From NCBI GenBank assembly GCA_031423255.1, contig JANPFD010000022.1, positions 6,704-70,703 of the forward strand: a stretch of DNA of 64,000 bases, in the 5' to 3' direction. The first letter of the stretch is position 1. Every line of letters begins with the position of its first letter. Made by a program: the position numbers and the translations under genes. The DNA comes from Myxococcales bacterium. Its GTDB lineage: Bacteria; Myxococcota_A; Polyangia; Fen-1088. The notes below the pieces were generated by a model. That model was not told the DNA's origin. It saw only the letters and a program-made list of their open reading frames with translations, and ran no database searches. Positions 10,037-20,017 of this stretch are shown piece by piece.

Positions 10037-10903
10037 GTGGACGCCAGTGACTGGCTGAACTCGCCTGTCGCGGTGATCACGGCGGGGTTGTTCGGCGCGG
10101 TCTGGGGCAGCTTCTTCAACGTCTGCATCGCCCGGATCCCACTCGGGAAGTCGGTCGTGCATCCGGGGTCGCACTGCTTTGCTTGCAACCAGCCTGTGCG
10201 GGCCTACGACAACGTGCCGCTGCTGTCGTACCTGCTGTTGCGAGGGCGCTGTCGTTCCTGCGGCGTACGCTTCTCGCCGCGCTACCTGCTGGTCGAGGTG
10301 CTGTCGGGTGTGCTGGCGGCGCTGGTATTCTGGCAGTTCGTGGCGGCGGCGCCGGAGGTGCCCACGGCCATCAGGCTGGCGCGGTTTGCCGTCTACTTCG
10401 CGCTGGCCGGGGTGCTGGTCGTGCTGTCCCTCATCGATCTCGACACCAAACGGTTGCCCGACATCATCACCCTGCCGGCGGTGCCGGTGCTGTTCCTCGC
10501 CGCGTTCGGCGCGCAGGACGTGCCCTGGATCGAGCGAGGGATCGGAGCCGTCGCCGGCTACGTGGTGGTGCGGGTGATCGCCGACGGTTACTACTACCTG
10601 ACCGGGCGCGAGGGGCTGGGCCTCGGCGACGGCAAGCTCCTGGCGGTGGTGGGCGCGGTGCTGGGGTGGCGGGCGATCCCGGTGGTGATCTTCGGGGCTT
10701 CGTTCGTCGGCATTGCCGTCAGCGTGCCGCTGCTTCTCGCCCAGCGTCGGAATGCCGTCCCAGAGCCAGCGACCGCCGAGGATGCTCCGCCGGTCCGCCA
10801 CACCGAGGTGCCGTTCGGGCCCTTCCTGTCGCTCAGCGCGCTCGTCTACCTGTTCTGCCGCGACAGGCTGTGGGCGTGGGCGATGCGCCTCGTGGGGGCG
10901 TAG
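10037..10903 (+). CDS. pilD: Type IV prepilin peptidase / N-methyltransferase (A24 family)
   Basis: N-terminal Zn tetracysteine CFACNQPV...CRSCGVRF. Catalytic Asp regions LIDLDTKRLPD and GLGDGKL. Polytopic membrane profile. GTG start at 10037. Confidence 0.8.
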   Translation: MDASDWLNSPVAVITAGLFGAVWGSFFNVCIARIPLGKSVVHPGSHCFACNQPVRAYDNVPLLSYLLLRGRCRSCGVRFSPRYLLVEVLSGVLAALVFWQFVAAAPEVPTAIRLARFAVYFALAGVLVVLSLIDLDTKRLPDIITLPAVPVLFLAAFGAQDVPWIERGIGAVAGYVVVRVIADGYYYLTGREGLGLGDGKLLAVVGAVLGWRAIPVVIFGASFVGIAVSVPLLLAQRRNAVPEPATAEDAPPVRHTEVPFGPFLSLSALVYLFCRDRLWAWAMRLVGA

Positions 10904-10915
10904 TACAATTCGCCG

Positions 10916-13909
10916 GTGCGTGCTGTCGCATCGGGCGGTGCCTTGGCGCTGCTGCTCGTGGCAGGGCCAGCCCAGGCGCTGGATCCGCACAAGCGGGTGT
11001 CCCAGTACACCTACCGGACCTGGGGCGAGGAGACCGGGCTGCCCCAGCCGAGCGTCTACGCGATCGCACAGACGACGGAGGGATATCTGTGGCTGGGCAC
11101 CGAGGCCGGGCTGGCGCGGTTCGACGGCGAGACCTTCACCGCCGTCGTCCCGACGGACGGGATAGGCTCCTCCAACCAGGTAAGAGCCATCCTCATCGCG
11201 CGCGACGGTGCCTTCTGGCTCGGCACGCGCGGGGGCGAGGGTCTGCTGCGCTTCAATGGCAAGACCGTCGGCACGACCTTCGAGTCGTTCCGTGGTCGCA
11301 CCGGCCTCGCCAGCCACGGCACGCTGTCGGCTTTCGAGGACAGCCGCGGGGATCTCTGGCTGGGCGGATGGCGTGGCGTGGTGCGATTTTCGCGCGGGCG
11401 CTTCGATGCCTTCTCCGACAAGGATGGTTTGCCCTTTGGCGGGGTGCTGGCGATCGCCGAGGCCGAGGACAGCACGCTCTGGTTCGCCACGTCGACGGGC
11501 GTGGGGCGGATGCGCGCCGGCGTCTTCGACACCGTGCGCGTCGAGGGCCTGGACGGGCAACGTGTCACGGCGATCCTCGCGGACGGATCGGGCGTCTGGG
11601 CCGGAAGCTCGACCGGACTCTACCGGTTGGACGGGGATGACGGGGGCAAGGTACGGCGACTCGGCCGCGGCGACGGCCTCCCGGGGGACGCGGTCAACGT
11701 GCTGTTCCGCGATCGCGACGGGAACATCTGGGTGGGCACCGACGAAGGCATCGCCCGGATGCGCGACGGCGAGATCCAGGCGCTCACACCTGGAGCGCCG
11801 AACAACGACAGCTTCATCTCCGCGTTCGAGGACCGTGAGGGGAACCTGTGGCTGGGGACGCGCGCCGGCGGGCTGGTGCGGCTGTCGGACGGTAAGTTCT
11901 CGACGCTCACCACGGCGGAGGGACTTCCCTCGAACCTGACGACCGCCGTGCTACAGACGCGCGACGGGGCGCTGTGGATCGGCACCGAAGGCGCGGGGCT
12001 GATCCGCTTCGCCGAGGGCCGTTACAAGACGATCACCACCGCCGACGGGCTGTGCACCAATCTGGTGATCTCGCTGTTCGAGGGCGCCGACGGCAGCCTC
12101 TGGGTCGGCGGCGGCACGGGTGGGCGCTCGGCGCTCTGCCGGCTGCGGAAGGACGGGACGATCCGCTCCTACACCGAGGCGGATGGGATGCCGCGCAACG
12201 AGCACGGCCGCGTGGTGTACGAGAGTCCGAGTGGCAAGACCTACGTCGGTACCGAGCGCGTCTTCGTGTACGAGAACGACCGGATGGTCCTGCTGGATCA
12301 TCCGCGCGCCCATGCGAAGCCAGGCCCCAACGTCTTCAGCCTCCACGAGGACCGCAAGGGTGGCTTGTGGGTCGGCCTCGGCAACGGCCTGTGGCACCGA
12401 AAAAAGGGCGAGACGGCGTGGAAGGAGTACCGGACGCCAGCCGCCTCGCTGTCGGCGCACCTCGTCTATCACATCAGCGAGGATCCAGACGGGACGCTGT
12501 GGATGGGCACCAGCCGGGGGATGACCCGGTACCGCGACGGCGTCTTCCGGCCCTACATGGCCACGCGCGGCCTGTTCGATCACCAGGTATTCCATGTCCA
12601 CGACGACGGCGCGGGACTGCTGTGGCTGGCGACGTCGCGCGGCGTGTTCCGCGTGCGCAAGCAGGACTTCGACGAGTTCGACCAGGGCAAGCTGACGGCG
12701 ATCCCGTTCACCCGCTTCGGTATCGGCGACGGCATGAAGACCGACCAGTGCTCGGGCATGGGACCGTCGGGGGTGGTGCGCGCGCGCGACGGACGGTTGC
12801 TGTTCGCCACCAGCAAGGGTCTGGCGACGGTCGATCCGAACCGCCTGCCCATCAACACAGTACCGCCCAACGTCGTCGTCGAACGGGTGGTGGCTGATGG
12901 GCACGTCCTCGCCAGCGGCGCGGCCGCAACTCCCGGCACGCGATCGCTCGAGGTGCACTACACGGCGCTATCGTTCACTGCGCCCGAGAAGGTGCGCTTC
13001 AAGTACCGCCTGGAGCCCTTCGATCGCGACTGGATCGACGCCGAGGGCCGTCGTACGGCGTACTACACGAACCTGCCGCCGGGGAGCTACCGCTTCAGGG
13101 TCGTGGCCGCCAACAACGACGGGGTCTGGAATCGTCAGGGCGCCTTGATGGCCTTCGCCCTCGCGCCCTATTTCCACGAGACGGTGTTCTTCCGGGTTCT
13201 GGTGGTGCTGGGGATCGGCATCATCGGCTGGGCGATTCACAAGCGGCGCCTGGCGCAGGTGGAGGCGCGCCACGTGGCGGTGCTGGCCGAGCGCACCCGG
13301 ATCGCGCGCGAGATGCACGACACCCTGGCGCAGGGGTTCACCGGGATCTCGCTGCACCTGGAGGCGGCGGTGAAGAAACTGATCGCCGGAGCGCCGGATC
13401 GCGCGCAGTGGTGTCTGGACCAGGCGCGGTTGCAGGTGCGGGCGTCGCTGGCGGAGGCGCGGCGGGCGGTCTGGGGGCTGCGGTCACAGGTGCTCGACAG
13501 CGGCGACCTGTCGACGGCGCTGTCCCAGGTGATCGACAAGCTCCGCGGAGAGACGCCGATGCGCCTGTCGGTGTCGGGCGAGGTTCGGCCACTTCCCGAG
13601 AACCACGAGCAGACGCTGGTGCGGGTGGCGCAGGAGGCGTTGACGAATGCCGTCCGGCACGCGCGCGCCTCGGAGATCTCGGTCGAACTCACGTACGGGC
13701 CGGACGTGGTCGAGCTGCGGGTGCGGGACAACGGGGTGGGTTTCGACGTGGATGCCCAGTTCCCCGGACACTTCGGTCTGGTCGGCATCCGGGAGCGGGT
13801 AGCGGCGCTGGGCGGCGAGCTGTCCGTGCAGAGCGCGCGTGGCGAGGGTACTCTGGTGGCGGTCCGTTTGCCGGTCCCGACCGCCACCGAGCGGCCGCGC
13901 GCGGCCTGA
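10916..13909 (+). CDS. Sensor histidine kinase with periplasmic beta-propeller (two-component regulator propeller repeats + Y_Y_Y), HisKA_3 and HATPase_c domains
   Basis: Signal peptide, then ~12 repeated (D/E)GxLWxGT modules. TM segment, H-box EMHDTLAQGF and ATPase motifs VRDNGVGFD / GLVGIRERV. Confidence 0.85.
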   Translation: MRAVASGGALALLLVAGPAQALDPHKRVSQYTYRTWGEETGLPQPSVYAIAQTTEGYLWLGTEAGLARFDGETFTAVVPTDGIGSSNQVRAILIARDGAFWLGTRGGEGLLRFNGKTVGTTFESFRGRTGLASHGTLSAFEDSRGDLWLGGWRGVVRFSRGRFDAFSDKDGLPFGGVLAIAEAEDSTLWFATSTGVGRMRAGVFDTVRVEGLDGQRVTAILADGSGVWAGSSTGLYRLDGDDGGKVRRLGRGDGLPGDAVNVLFRDRDGNIWVGTDEGIARMRDGEIQALTPGAPNNDSFISAFEDREGNLWLGTRAGGLVRLSDGKFSTLTTAEGLPSNLTTAVLQTRDGALWIGTEGAGLIRFAEGRYKTITTADGLCTNLVISLFEGADGSLWVGGGTGGRSALCRLRKDGTIRSYTEADGMPRNEHGRVVYESPSGKTYVGTERVFVYENDRMVLLDHPRAHAKPGPNVFSLHEDRKGGLWVGLGNGLWHRKKGETAWKEYRTPAASLSAHLVYHISEDPDGTLWMGTSRGMTRYRDGVFRPYMATRGLFDHQVFHVHDDGAGLLWLATSRGVFRVRKQDFDEFDQGKLTAIPFTRFGIGDGMKTDQCSGMGPSGVVRARDGRLLFATSKGLATVDPNRLPINTVPPNVVVERVVADGHVLASGAAATPGTRSLEVHYTALSFTAPEKVRFKYRLEPFDRDWIDAEGRRTAYYTNLPPGSYRFRVVAANNDGVWNRQGALMAFALAPYFHETVFFRVLVVLGIGIIGWAIHKRRLAQVEARHVAVLAERTRIAREMHDTLAQGFTGISLHLEAAVKKLIAGAPDRAQWCLDQARLQVRASLAEARRAVWGLRSQVLDSGDLSTALSQVIDKLRGETPMRLSVSGEVRPLPENHEQTLVRVAQEALTNAVRHARASEISVELTYGPDVVELRVRDNGVGFDVDAQFPGHFGLVGIRERVAALGGELSVQSARGEGTLVAVRLPVPTATERPRAA

Positions 13910-13925
13910 ACCAGGGAGGAACACG

Positions 13926-14555
13926 ATGCCCGAGGCGAACCGGATCCGGGTGATGCTGGTCGACGATCACCCGATCGTCCGGCAGGGCGTGGCGTCTCTC
14001 CTGGCGGACGAGGCGGAGGTCGAGGTGGTGGGTGAGGCCCGCACAGGCGAGGAAGCCGTGGACACTTTCCGGAAGCTGAAGCCTGACGTGACCCTGATGG
14101 ATCTGCGCCTTCCGGGCATGAGCGGCGTGGAGGCGATCCAGAAGATCCGCCAGGAGTTCCCGAACGCGCGCTTCATCGTGCTCACCACCTACGACGGCGA
14201 CGAGGACATCCACCGGGCGCTGCAGGCGGGGGCGAAGGCGTACGTCCTCAAGGACACGTTCCTCGACGAGATCCTCGACACCATCAAGGCGGTGCATGCG
14301 GGCATGCGCCGCATCCCCGAGGCGGTGGCGCGCCGGCTGGAGGAGCGAATGCCCGGCCCCACACTGAGTCCCCGGGAACTGGACGTGCTCCGGCACATCG
14401 CCACGGGCGAAAGCAACAAGGAGATCGCCGCCGCGCTGGGGATCACCGAGGGGACGGTGAAGACGCACGTGGTGAACATCCTGGGCAAGCTGGGCGTGAA
14501 CGACCGGACCGCGGCGGCGACCGCCGCCCTCCAGCGCGGCTTCATCAGGCTCTGA
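13926..14555 (+). CDS. Response regulator, NarL/LuxR family (REC + HTH)
   Basis: IRVMLVDDHPIV...LMDLRLPGMSG receiver, and LuxR HTH LSPRELDVLRHIATGESNKEIAAALGITEGTVKTHV. Directly follows the kinase. Confidence 0.9.
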   Translation: MPEANRIRVMLVDDHPIVRQGVASLLADEAEVEVVGEARTGEEAVDTFRKLKPDVTLMDLRLPGMSGVEAIQKIRQEFPNARFIVLTTYDGDEDIHRALQAGAKAYVLKDTFLDEILDTIKAVHAGMRRIPEAVARRLEERMPGPTLSPRELDVLRHIATGESNKEIAAALGITEGTVKTHVVNILGKLGVNDRTAAATAALQRGFIRL

Positions 14556-14559
14556 CGCC

Positions 14560-14904
14560 TCAGTTCTCGCCGGCCCCGCGGGGATCCACGCCCGTGGCGC
14601 GCGAGCCGAGGGTGATGGCGCGGCGGCGATCGAGGAAGTCCTGCGACGAGGCGATGATGTCGGCGAGGGCGGCGGGATCGACGGGGACGTCGCCGTCGAG
14701 GCATTCGTCGCAGATGGAGACGATCGGGGTGACGTAGACCTCGGGCCGGGACTGCTTGCAGAACCAGCACTCACCCGCCTCGAGGAGTTTCTTCGTGCGC
14801 GCACGTCTCGCAGCATCGAGGCAGAGGATGCACCCGGCGCCGCCGAGTCTGGGGAGCAACTCGCACTCGTCGTCGTGAAGGCCACAGAACAGGCAACGAG
14901 TCAT
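14560..14904 (-). CDS. Small protein with two tandem ClpX-type C4 zinc-finger motifs
   Basis: CLFCG...CILCLD and CWFCKQ...ICDECLD each match the ClpX N-terminal ZnF pattern C-x-F-C...I-C-D-E-C. ATG at 14904 overlaps the PMM stop (ATGA). Confidence 0.55.
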   Translation of the reverse strand: MTRCLFCGLHDDECELLPRLGGAGCILCLDAARRARTKKLLEAGECWFCKQSRPEVYVTPIVSICDECLDGDVPVDPAALADIIASSQDFLDRRRAITLGSRATGVDPRGAGEN

Positions 14905-16268
14905 GGTTGCACCACCTCGGCCGTGATGACCCGCAGCCGTTCCTCGATCTCGCCGCGGATCGCCGCGAGCCGTTCGGCCGAATCCGCCTCGCAGCGGACC
15001 ACCAGCACCGGGCCGGTGTTCGACGCGCGGATCAGGCCCCAGCCACCCGGGAATGAGATGCGCGCGCCGTCCACCTCGACCACCGCCTGTCGTGCCTTGT
15101 AGTACGCGCAGGCGCGACGAACCACCTCGAACTTCACGTCGTCGAGGCAGGGCACGCGGATCTCCGGGGTGTTGTACAGGACGGGCAGGGTGTCCACCAG
15201 CTCGGCCAGTGTGCGGTCGCTCTGTGACAGGAGTTCGACGAGGCGCGCGGCAGCGTAGACCGCGTCGTCGAAACCGAAGTAGCGGTCGGCGAAGAACATG
15301 TGCCCCGACATCTCGCCAGCCAGGACGGCGCCTTCTTCCTTCATCTTGGTCTTGATCAGCGAGTGTCCGACCTTCCACATGATGGCGCGGCCGCCGTGGG
15401 CCGCGATGTCGTCGTACAGCGCCTGGCTGCACTTCACCTCGCTGACGAAGGTGGCGCCGGGGCGGTCCTTCAGGATCTCCCGCGCGAACAGCATCATCAG
15501 CTGGTCGCCCCAGACGATGCGGCCGCGCGGATCGACGACGCCGATGCGGTCGGCGTCTCCGTCGAGGGCAATGCCCAGCTCGGCGCCCGACTGCTGCACC
15601 CGGCCGATCAGATCGGCGAGATTCTCGGGCACGGTGGGATCGGGGTGGTGATTGGGGAAGCGCCCATCGGGCTCGCAGTAAAGCGCCTCGACGTCGAAAC
15701 CGAGGCGGCGCAGGAGCGGAAGGCAGGAGATCCCACCGGTGCCGTTGCCGCCGTCGAGCACCACCTTGAATCGCCGCGGGCCGAGGCGGATGTTGTTTGC
15801 AAGGTGGTCGATGTAGGCGGGAAGGAGATCCACGTCGCGCGCGGTGCCGGCTTCGACGGGCGCACGCATGCCGCGCTCGACCCGCTCGCGTAGCTGCTGG
15901 ATCTCAGCGCCGTAGATGGTGCCGCGGCCGCGCATGATCTTGAAGCCGTTGTCCTCCTGCGGGTTGTGGCTGGCGGTGATCATCACCCCGCCGTCCGTCT
16001 GCAGGTGGAAGACCGAGAAGTAGAGGCCGGGGGAGTGGAGCACGCCCACGTCGTCGATGACCAGCCCGGCGGCCAGCAGCTTCTCCTTCATCGTGCGGTG
16101 AATCCGCGGAGAGGAGAGGCGGCAGTCACGGCCGAGCGTGATGTGGCGGACGCCGGCCTCGCGGAAGTGCGCGCCCAGCGCCTCGCCCAGCGCGCCAATG
16201 AAAGGCTCGGTCAGATCCCGCTCGGCCATACCGCGGATGTCGTACTCGCGGAAGATGCGCGGGTTCAT
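14901..16268 (-). CDS. Phosphomannomutase / phosphoglucomutase
   Basis: MNPRIFREYDIRG..., phosphoserine loop TASHNP. Alpha-D-phosphohexomutase architecture, ~455 aa. Confidence 0.9.
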   Translation of the reverse strand: MNPRIFREYDIRGMAERDLTEPFIGALGEALGAHFREAGVRHITLGRDCRLSSPRIHRTMKEKLLAAGLVIDDVGVLHSPGLYFSVFHLQTDGGVMITASHNPQEDNGFKIMRGRGTIYGAEIQQLRERVERGMRAPVEAGTARDVDLLPAYIDHLANNIRLGPRRFKVVLDGGNGTGGISCLPLLRRLGFDVEALYCEPDGRFPNHHPDPTVPENLADLIGRVQQSGAELGIALDGDADRIGVVDPRGRIVWGDQLMMLFAREILKDRPGATFVSEVKCSQALYDDIAAHGGRAIMWKVGHSLIKTKMKEEGAVLAGEMSGHMFFADRYFGFDDAVYAAARLVELLSQSDRTLAELVDTLPVLYNTPEIRVPCLDDVKFEVVRRACAYYKARQAVVEVDGARISFPGGWGLIRASNTGPVLVVRCEADSAERLAAIRGEIEERLRVITAEVVQP

Positions 16269-16273
16269 GGCGA

Positions 16274-17362
16274 TCAAAGTAGGTCCTTTCGACCGCGGGA
16301 GGCCAGAGCGTCGACGAGCCGTCGCACCTCCTGGGCGCGGTCCTTCGGAACCACCAGGACCGCATCGGGCGTGGCGATCACCACCAGGTTGTCGACACCG
16401 ACCACACCGACCAGAGGCGCCCCCGGCTCGGACATGACCACGCTGCCGCGCGTATCGGCGATGATCGTGTCGCCCGCCAGCACGTTGCCATTGGCGTCGG
16501 CGGCGCGGATCTCGGCGAGTGCGGCCCAGCTGCCGACGTCGCTCCAGCCGAACTCGCCCGCGACGACCCGGATGCCCGAGGCGCGCTCCATGATCCCGTA
16601 GTCGATGGAGATGGCGGGCACGCGCGGGTACAGGTCGCGCATCGTCGAGGCAAGGTCGACGTCTTCGCAGGCGATCAGCCGCTCGAGGGTCTGGGCGAGA
16701 TCGGGCAGGTGACGGCTGGCTTCGGCCAGCAGGCGCTCGGCGGTGAAGAAGAACATGCCCGCGTTCCACAGATAGGTGCCGGCGGCGACGTACGCGGCTG
16801 CCTTGGCGGTGTCGGGTTTTTCGACGAAGCGCGCCACCTCGTACACTTCGTCGGCGATCGAGCGGCCGAGTTCCAGGTAGCCGAAGCCGGTCTCGGGGTG
16901 GGTGGGGCGGATGCCGATGGTGACCATCGCCTCGCCGGCATTGGCCAGGGCCAGCGCCGCGGTGGAAACAAAGCTGGCCTCGTCGCGAATAAAGTGATCC
17001 GACGGCAGGACCGCCAGGCGCGCATTCCGTCCGGCGCGGCGGGCGACCACGGCGGCTCCCAGACCGACGGCGGCGGCGGTGTTGCGGGGCGCGGGCTCGG
17101 CCACCAGGTTCTCGGGAGCCAGTTCGGGCAGGGCGCCGCGCACGGCCTCGGCCTGATCCGCGGCAGTGACGATCAACGTCCGGTCGGCGCCGACCAGACG
17201 GCTCGCGCGGCGGAAGGTTGCCGCGAGCAGTGACTCATCGCCGCCCAGCGCCAGGAGTTGCTTCGGTCGGGCACGCCGGCTCGCTGGCCAAAGCCGCGTC
17301 CCGCCGCCACCGGCGAGGATCAGCACGAACGCGTCAGAGGGGGGCATCGAGCTCGGGAACAT
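16274..17362 (-). CDS. Mannose-1-phosphate guanylyltransferase (GDP-mannose pyrophosphorylase)
   Basis: LAGGGGTRLWP nucleotidyltransferase motif and family-wide similarity. Sits upstream of PMM. Confidence 0.85.
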   Translation of the reverse strand: MFPSSMPPSDAFVLILAGGGGTRLWPASRRARPKQLLALGGDESLLAATFRRASRLVGADRTLIVTAADQAEAVRGALPELAPENLVAEPAPRNTAAAVGLGAAVVARRAGRNARLAVLPSDHFIRDEASFVSTAALALANAGEAMVTIGIRPTHPETGFGYLELGRSIADEVYEVARFVEKPDTAKAAAYVAAGTYLWNAGMFFFTAERLLAEASRHLPDLAQTLERLIACEDVDLASTMRDLYPRVPAISIDYGIMERASGIRVVAGEFGWSDVGSWAALAEIRAADANGNVLAGDTIIADTRGSVVMSEPGAPLVGVVGVDNLVVIATPDAVLVVPKDRAQEVRRLVDALASRGRKDLL

Positions 17363-17404
17363 ACCAAAAGAGCGGTATCCGAGAACTTCGGCGAGAATCA
17401 GCCT

Positions 17405-17596
17405 GTGATCGGGACGCTTCTGGTGATCGCGGGCGCGGTGCTGGTTGTCGTTGGCCTTCGGCTCGCGACGGGGAGACCACGACCTGTCGATCTGGCAGGC
17501 GGCCTGCTGGCGGCCCTGGGTCTATGCGTTGCGCTCCTGGGAGCCGAGCGGCTCGTGTCGAAGCCGGGTGCCGCTGAGCAGCATCTCCGTCGGTGA
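17405..17596 (+). CDS. Possible small membrane protein (~64 aa, two hydrophobic helices)
   Basis: VIGTLLVIAGAVLVVVGLRL...LLAALGLCVALLGA lies in the divergent ManC/ROK intergenic region. Weak. Confidence 0.25.
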   Translation: MIGTLLVIAGAVLVVVGLRLATGRPRPVDLAGGLLAALGLCVALLGAERLVSKPGAAEQHLRR

Positions 17597-17637
17597 TTGG
17601 CGACGGCGACTAAATGAGATATCCAGGAGAGCAGGTA

Positions 17638-18668
17638 TGAACGCTCCGCGCGAGCAGCTCTTCGTAGGCCTCGACATGGGCGGGACCGACATCAAGGCCA
17701 CGGTCAGCAACGGCCTGGGCGAGATCCTGGTGAACGACTGCGAGAAGGTTCTCAGCCTGGCCGCCGAGGGGCCGCGCAAGACGGTCGAGCAGCTGGCCAT
17801 GGCGGCGGACAAGGTGCTGGCGGCCGCGGGCAGCAAATGGGAACACGTGGCGGGCATCGGGCTGGACACGCCCGGCCCGGCGTCCCTGGAGGGTGTGTTG
17901 ACCCGTTCCCCGAACCTGAAGCATCCGGACTGGGAGGGCTTCCCGATCCGCAAGGTGTTCGAGCAGCGCACCGGGCGCCCGACGGTCTACGCGAACGACG
18001 GCAACGCGGCTGCGTACTGGGAGTACTACCGCCTGTTCCGCGACGACCCCGAGAAGATCATGGCCGCGGCGATCCTGGGGACGGGCTTCGGCGGTGCTCT
18101 GGTCTGGGGCGGCGAGGTGCTGACCGGCTCGCGTGGCTTCGGCGCCGAGTTCGGCCACATCCGTCTCCCGACGCACGAGATCGCCAGGGACGGCGACGTG
18201 CCCATCTGCGGCTGCACCAAGGCCGGCTGTGCCGAGGCGTTCGTCAGCGTGGCGGCCCTGGACTACTTCCTTCGCAAGGCGCTCAAGCGGCCCGAGCACA
18301 AGAGCCACCCGTTGCAGAAGGTGGCTGACGCAGGTCGCGAGCGGGCGCTGAAGCTGCTGGGGCTCGCGCAAAAAGGAGACACGCTGGCGCAAGAGCTGTT
18401 CGACGCCCAGGCCGACGCGCTCGGCCTGCTGTTCGTGCAGATCGCCAACTGCTTCGACCCCGACGTCTACATCATCGGCGGCGGGCTGACCGACAGCTCG
18501 ACCGAGTTCCGCGAACGGTACATAGGCCGCGTGCGCGCCATCTTCAAGCGCGAGACGTTCCCCGCCGTGGCGAAAGACGCCTCGATCGAGTTCGCGGCCG
18601 ATCAGGACATGGCCGGCTGTCGAGGCGCGGCGTTGCTGGCCCGACAGGCTGCTCAGAAGTCGCGCTAG
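17638..18668 (+). CDS. ROK-family sugar kinase (glucokinase-like)
   Basis: GLDMGGTDIKA ATP-binding N-terminus. ROK zinc motif GHI...CGCTKAGCAE. Confidence 0.8.
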
Positions 18669-20017
18669 CCGCTTCTGAGGTGCCAGGCCTTGGGCTGCAA
18701 GAAGGCGCGGATGCCCCAGGCCGACAGGGTCGAGCCGATGCCGGAGTGCTTGCGGCCGGTCCAGGGTAGGCGCGGGCTGACGCGGTCGCAGCAGTTCCAG
18801 TACACGCTGCCAGCGTTCGCCTGCCGCAAGATGGTTTGCGCGCGGGCTTGGTCGGGCGTGTAGACGCCAGCCGTGAGGCCGTAGTCCGTGTCGTTCATCA
18901 GCGTGACCGCCTCGTCGTCACCGTCGACGACCTGGATGCCGATGATCGGGCCGAAGCTCTCCTCGCGCATCACGGCCATCTGGTGGGTCACGTCGGTGAG
19001 CACCGTCGGCGCGAAGTAGTAGCCACGGCGATCGATGCGCTTGCCGCCGTGGAGCAGCCGCGCGCCTTTTGCCACGGCGTCCTTCACCTGGGTTTCGAGC
19101 GCGGCCAGCTGATCCTTGCGGGCCAGCGGCCCGATGTACGTGTTCTCGTCGGTCGGCTCGCCGACGACGAAGGCGCGCACCACCTCGACGAACGCCTCGA
19201 TGAAAGCGGGGGCGATCGTGCGGTGGACGTAGATGCGCTCGACGGAGCAGCAGCTCTGTCCGGTGTTGTAGAACGCGCCGTCGGCCAGGCTCTCGGCGGC
19301 GGCGCGTGCGTCGGCGTCGTCGCAGACGTACGTCGGGTCCTTGCCGCCGAGCTCGAGCTGCACCTTCACCATGCGGCCGGCGACGGTCTCGGCGATCTTG
19401 CGGCCGGTGCCATAGCTGCCGGTGAAGAAGACGCCGTTCACGTTCTGCGCCAGCAGCGCGCGCCCGGCCTCGCCTGTGCCGACGACGGCGATGAACGTCT
19501 CTTTCGGGACGCCGGCTTCATGCAGCAACGCCTCGATCCGCAGGCCGGTCATGGCTGCGTGCTCGGACGGCTTGTAGAGGACCGTGTTGCCGGTCAGCAG
19601 CGCCGGCACGAAGACGTTCGAGCCGACGAAGTAGGGGTAGTTCCAGGCCGAGATGTTGGCGATCACGCCCAGCGGTTCGTGGGTGGTCTTCTCCTCGAGC
19701 TTCCCGTCGCGCAGCACGACGTCGTCGGCCATGACCTCGGCGGTTTTCTCGAGGAAATAGTCGATCCGTCCCGCCATGGCCGCGATCTCGTTGCCCGCCT
19801 GCTTGATCGGTTTGCCCATCTCGCGCGTCAGCGTCAGCGCCAGGTCCGCCTTGTGCGTGGCCAGCAGGTCCTTGAAGCGCCGGATGGCGGCCAGGCGATC
19901 GGCCAGCGGAGCGGGACGGGCCTGACGGGCGCGCTCGTACTTCGCCGCTATCGAACCGGCGTCGTCCTCGCGCAAGTCGGCGACCACCTCCTCGGTGGCG
20001 GGATTGACGACCTTCAT
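18665..20017 (-). CDS. NAD(P)-dependent aldehyde dehydrogenase (PuuC-like)
   Basis: ELGGKDP, catalytic GQSCCSVER, ~450 aa ALDH. Start ATG ~20017 overlaps the upstream stop. Confidence 0.9.
   Translation of the reverse strand: MKVVNPATEEVVADLREDDAGSIAAKYERARQARPAPLADRLAAIRRFKDLLATHKADLALTLTREMGKPIKQAGNEIAAMAGRIDYFLEKTAEVMADDVVLRDGKLEEKTTHEPLGVIANISAWNYPYFVGSNVFVPALLTGNTVLYKPSEHAAMTGLRIEALLHEAGVPKETFIAVVGTGEAGRALLAQNVNGVFFTGSYGTGRKIAETVAGRMVKVQLELGGKDPTYVCDDADARAAAESLADGAFYNTGQSCCSVERIYVHRTIAPAFIEAFVEVVRAFVVGEPTDENTYIGPLARKDQLAALETQVKDAVAKGARLLHGGKRIDRRGYYFAPTVLTDVTHQMAVMREESFGPIIGIQVVDGDDEAVTLMNDTDYGLTAGVYTPDQARAQTILRQANAGSVYWNCCDRVSPRLPWTGRKHSGIGSTLSAWGIRAFLQPKAWHLRSG

Noticed and set aside
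9995-11560. 521-aa minus-strand ORF
   Set aside because: It is antisense to pilD and the sensor kinase, which have clear catalytic motifs. The translation is Arg/His-rich junk.
13689-14885. 398-aa minus-strand ORF
   Set aside because: It is antisense to the NarL-type response regulator and the kinase C-terminus.
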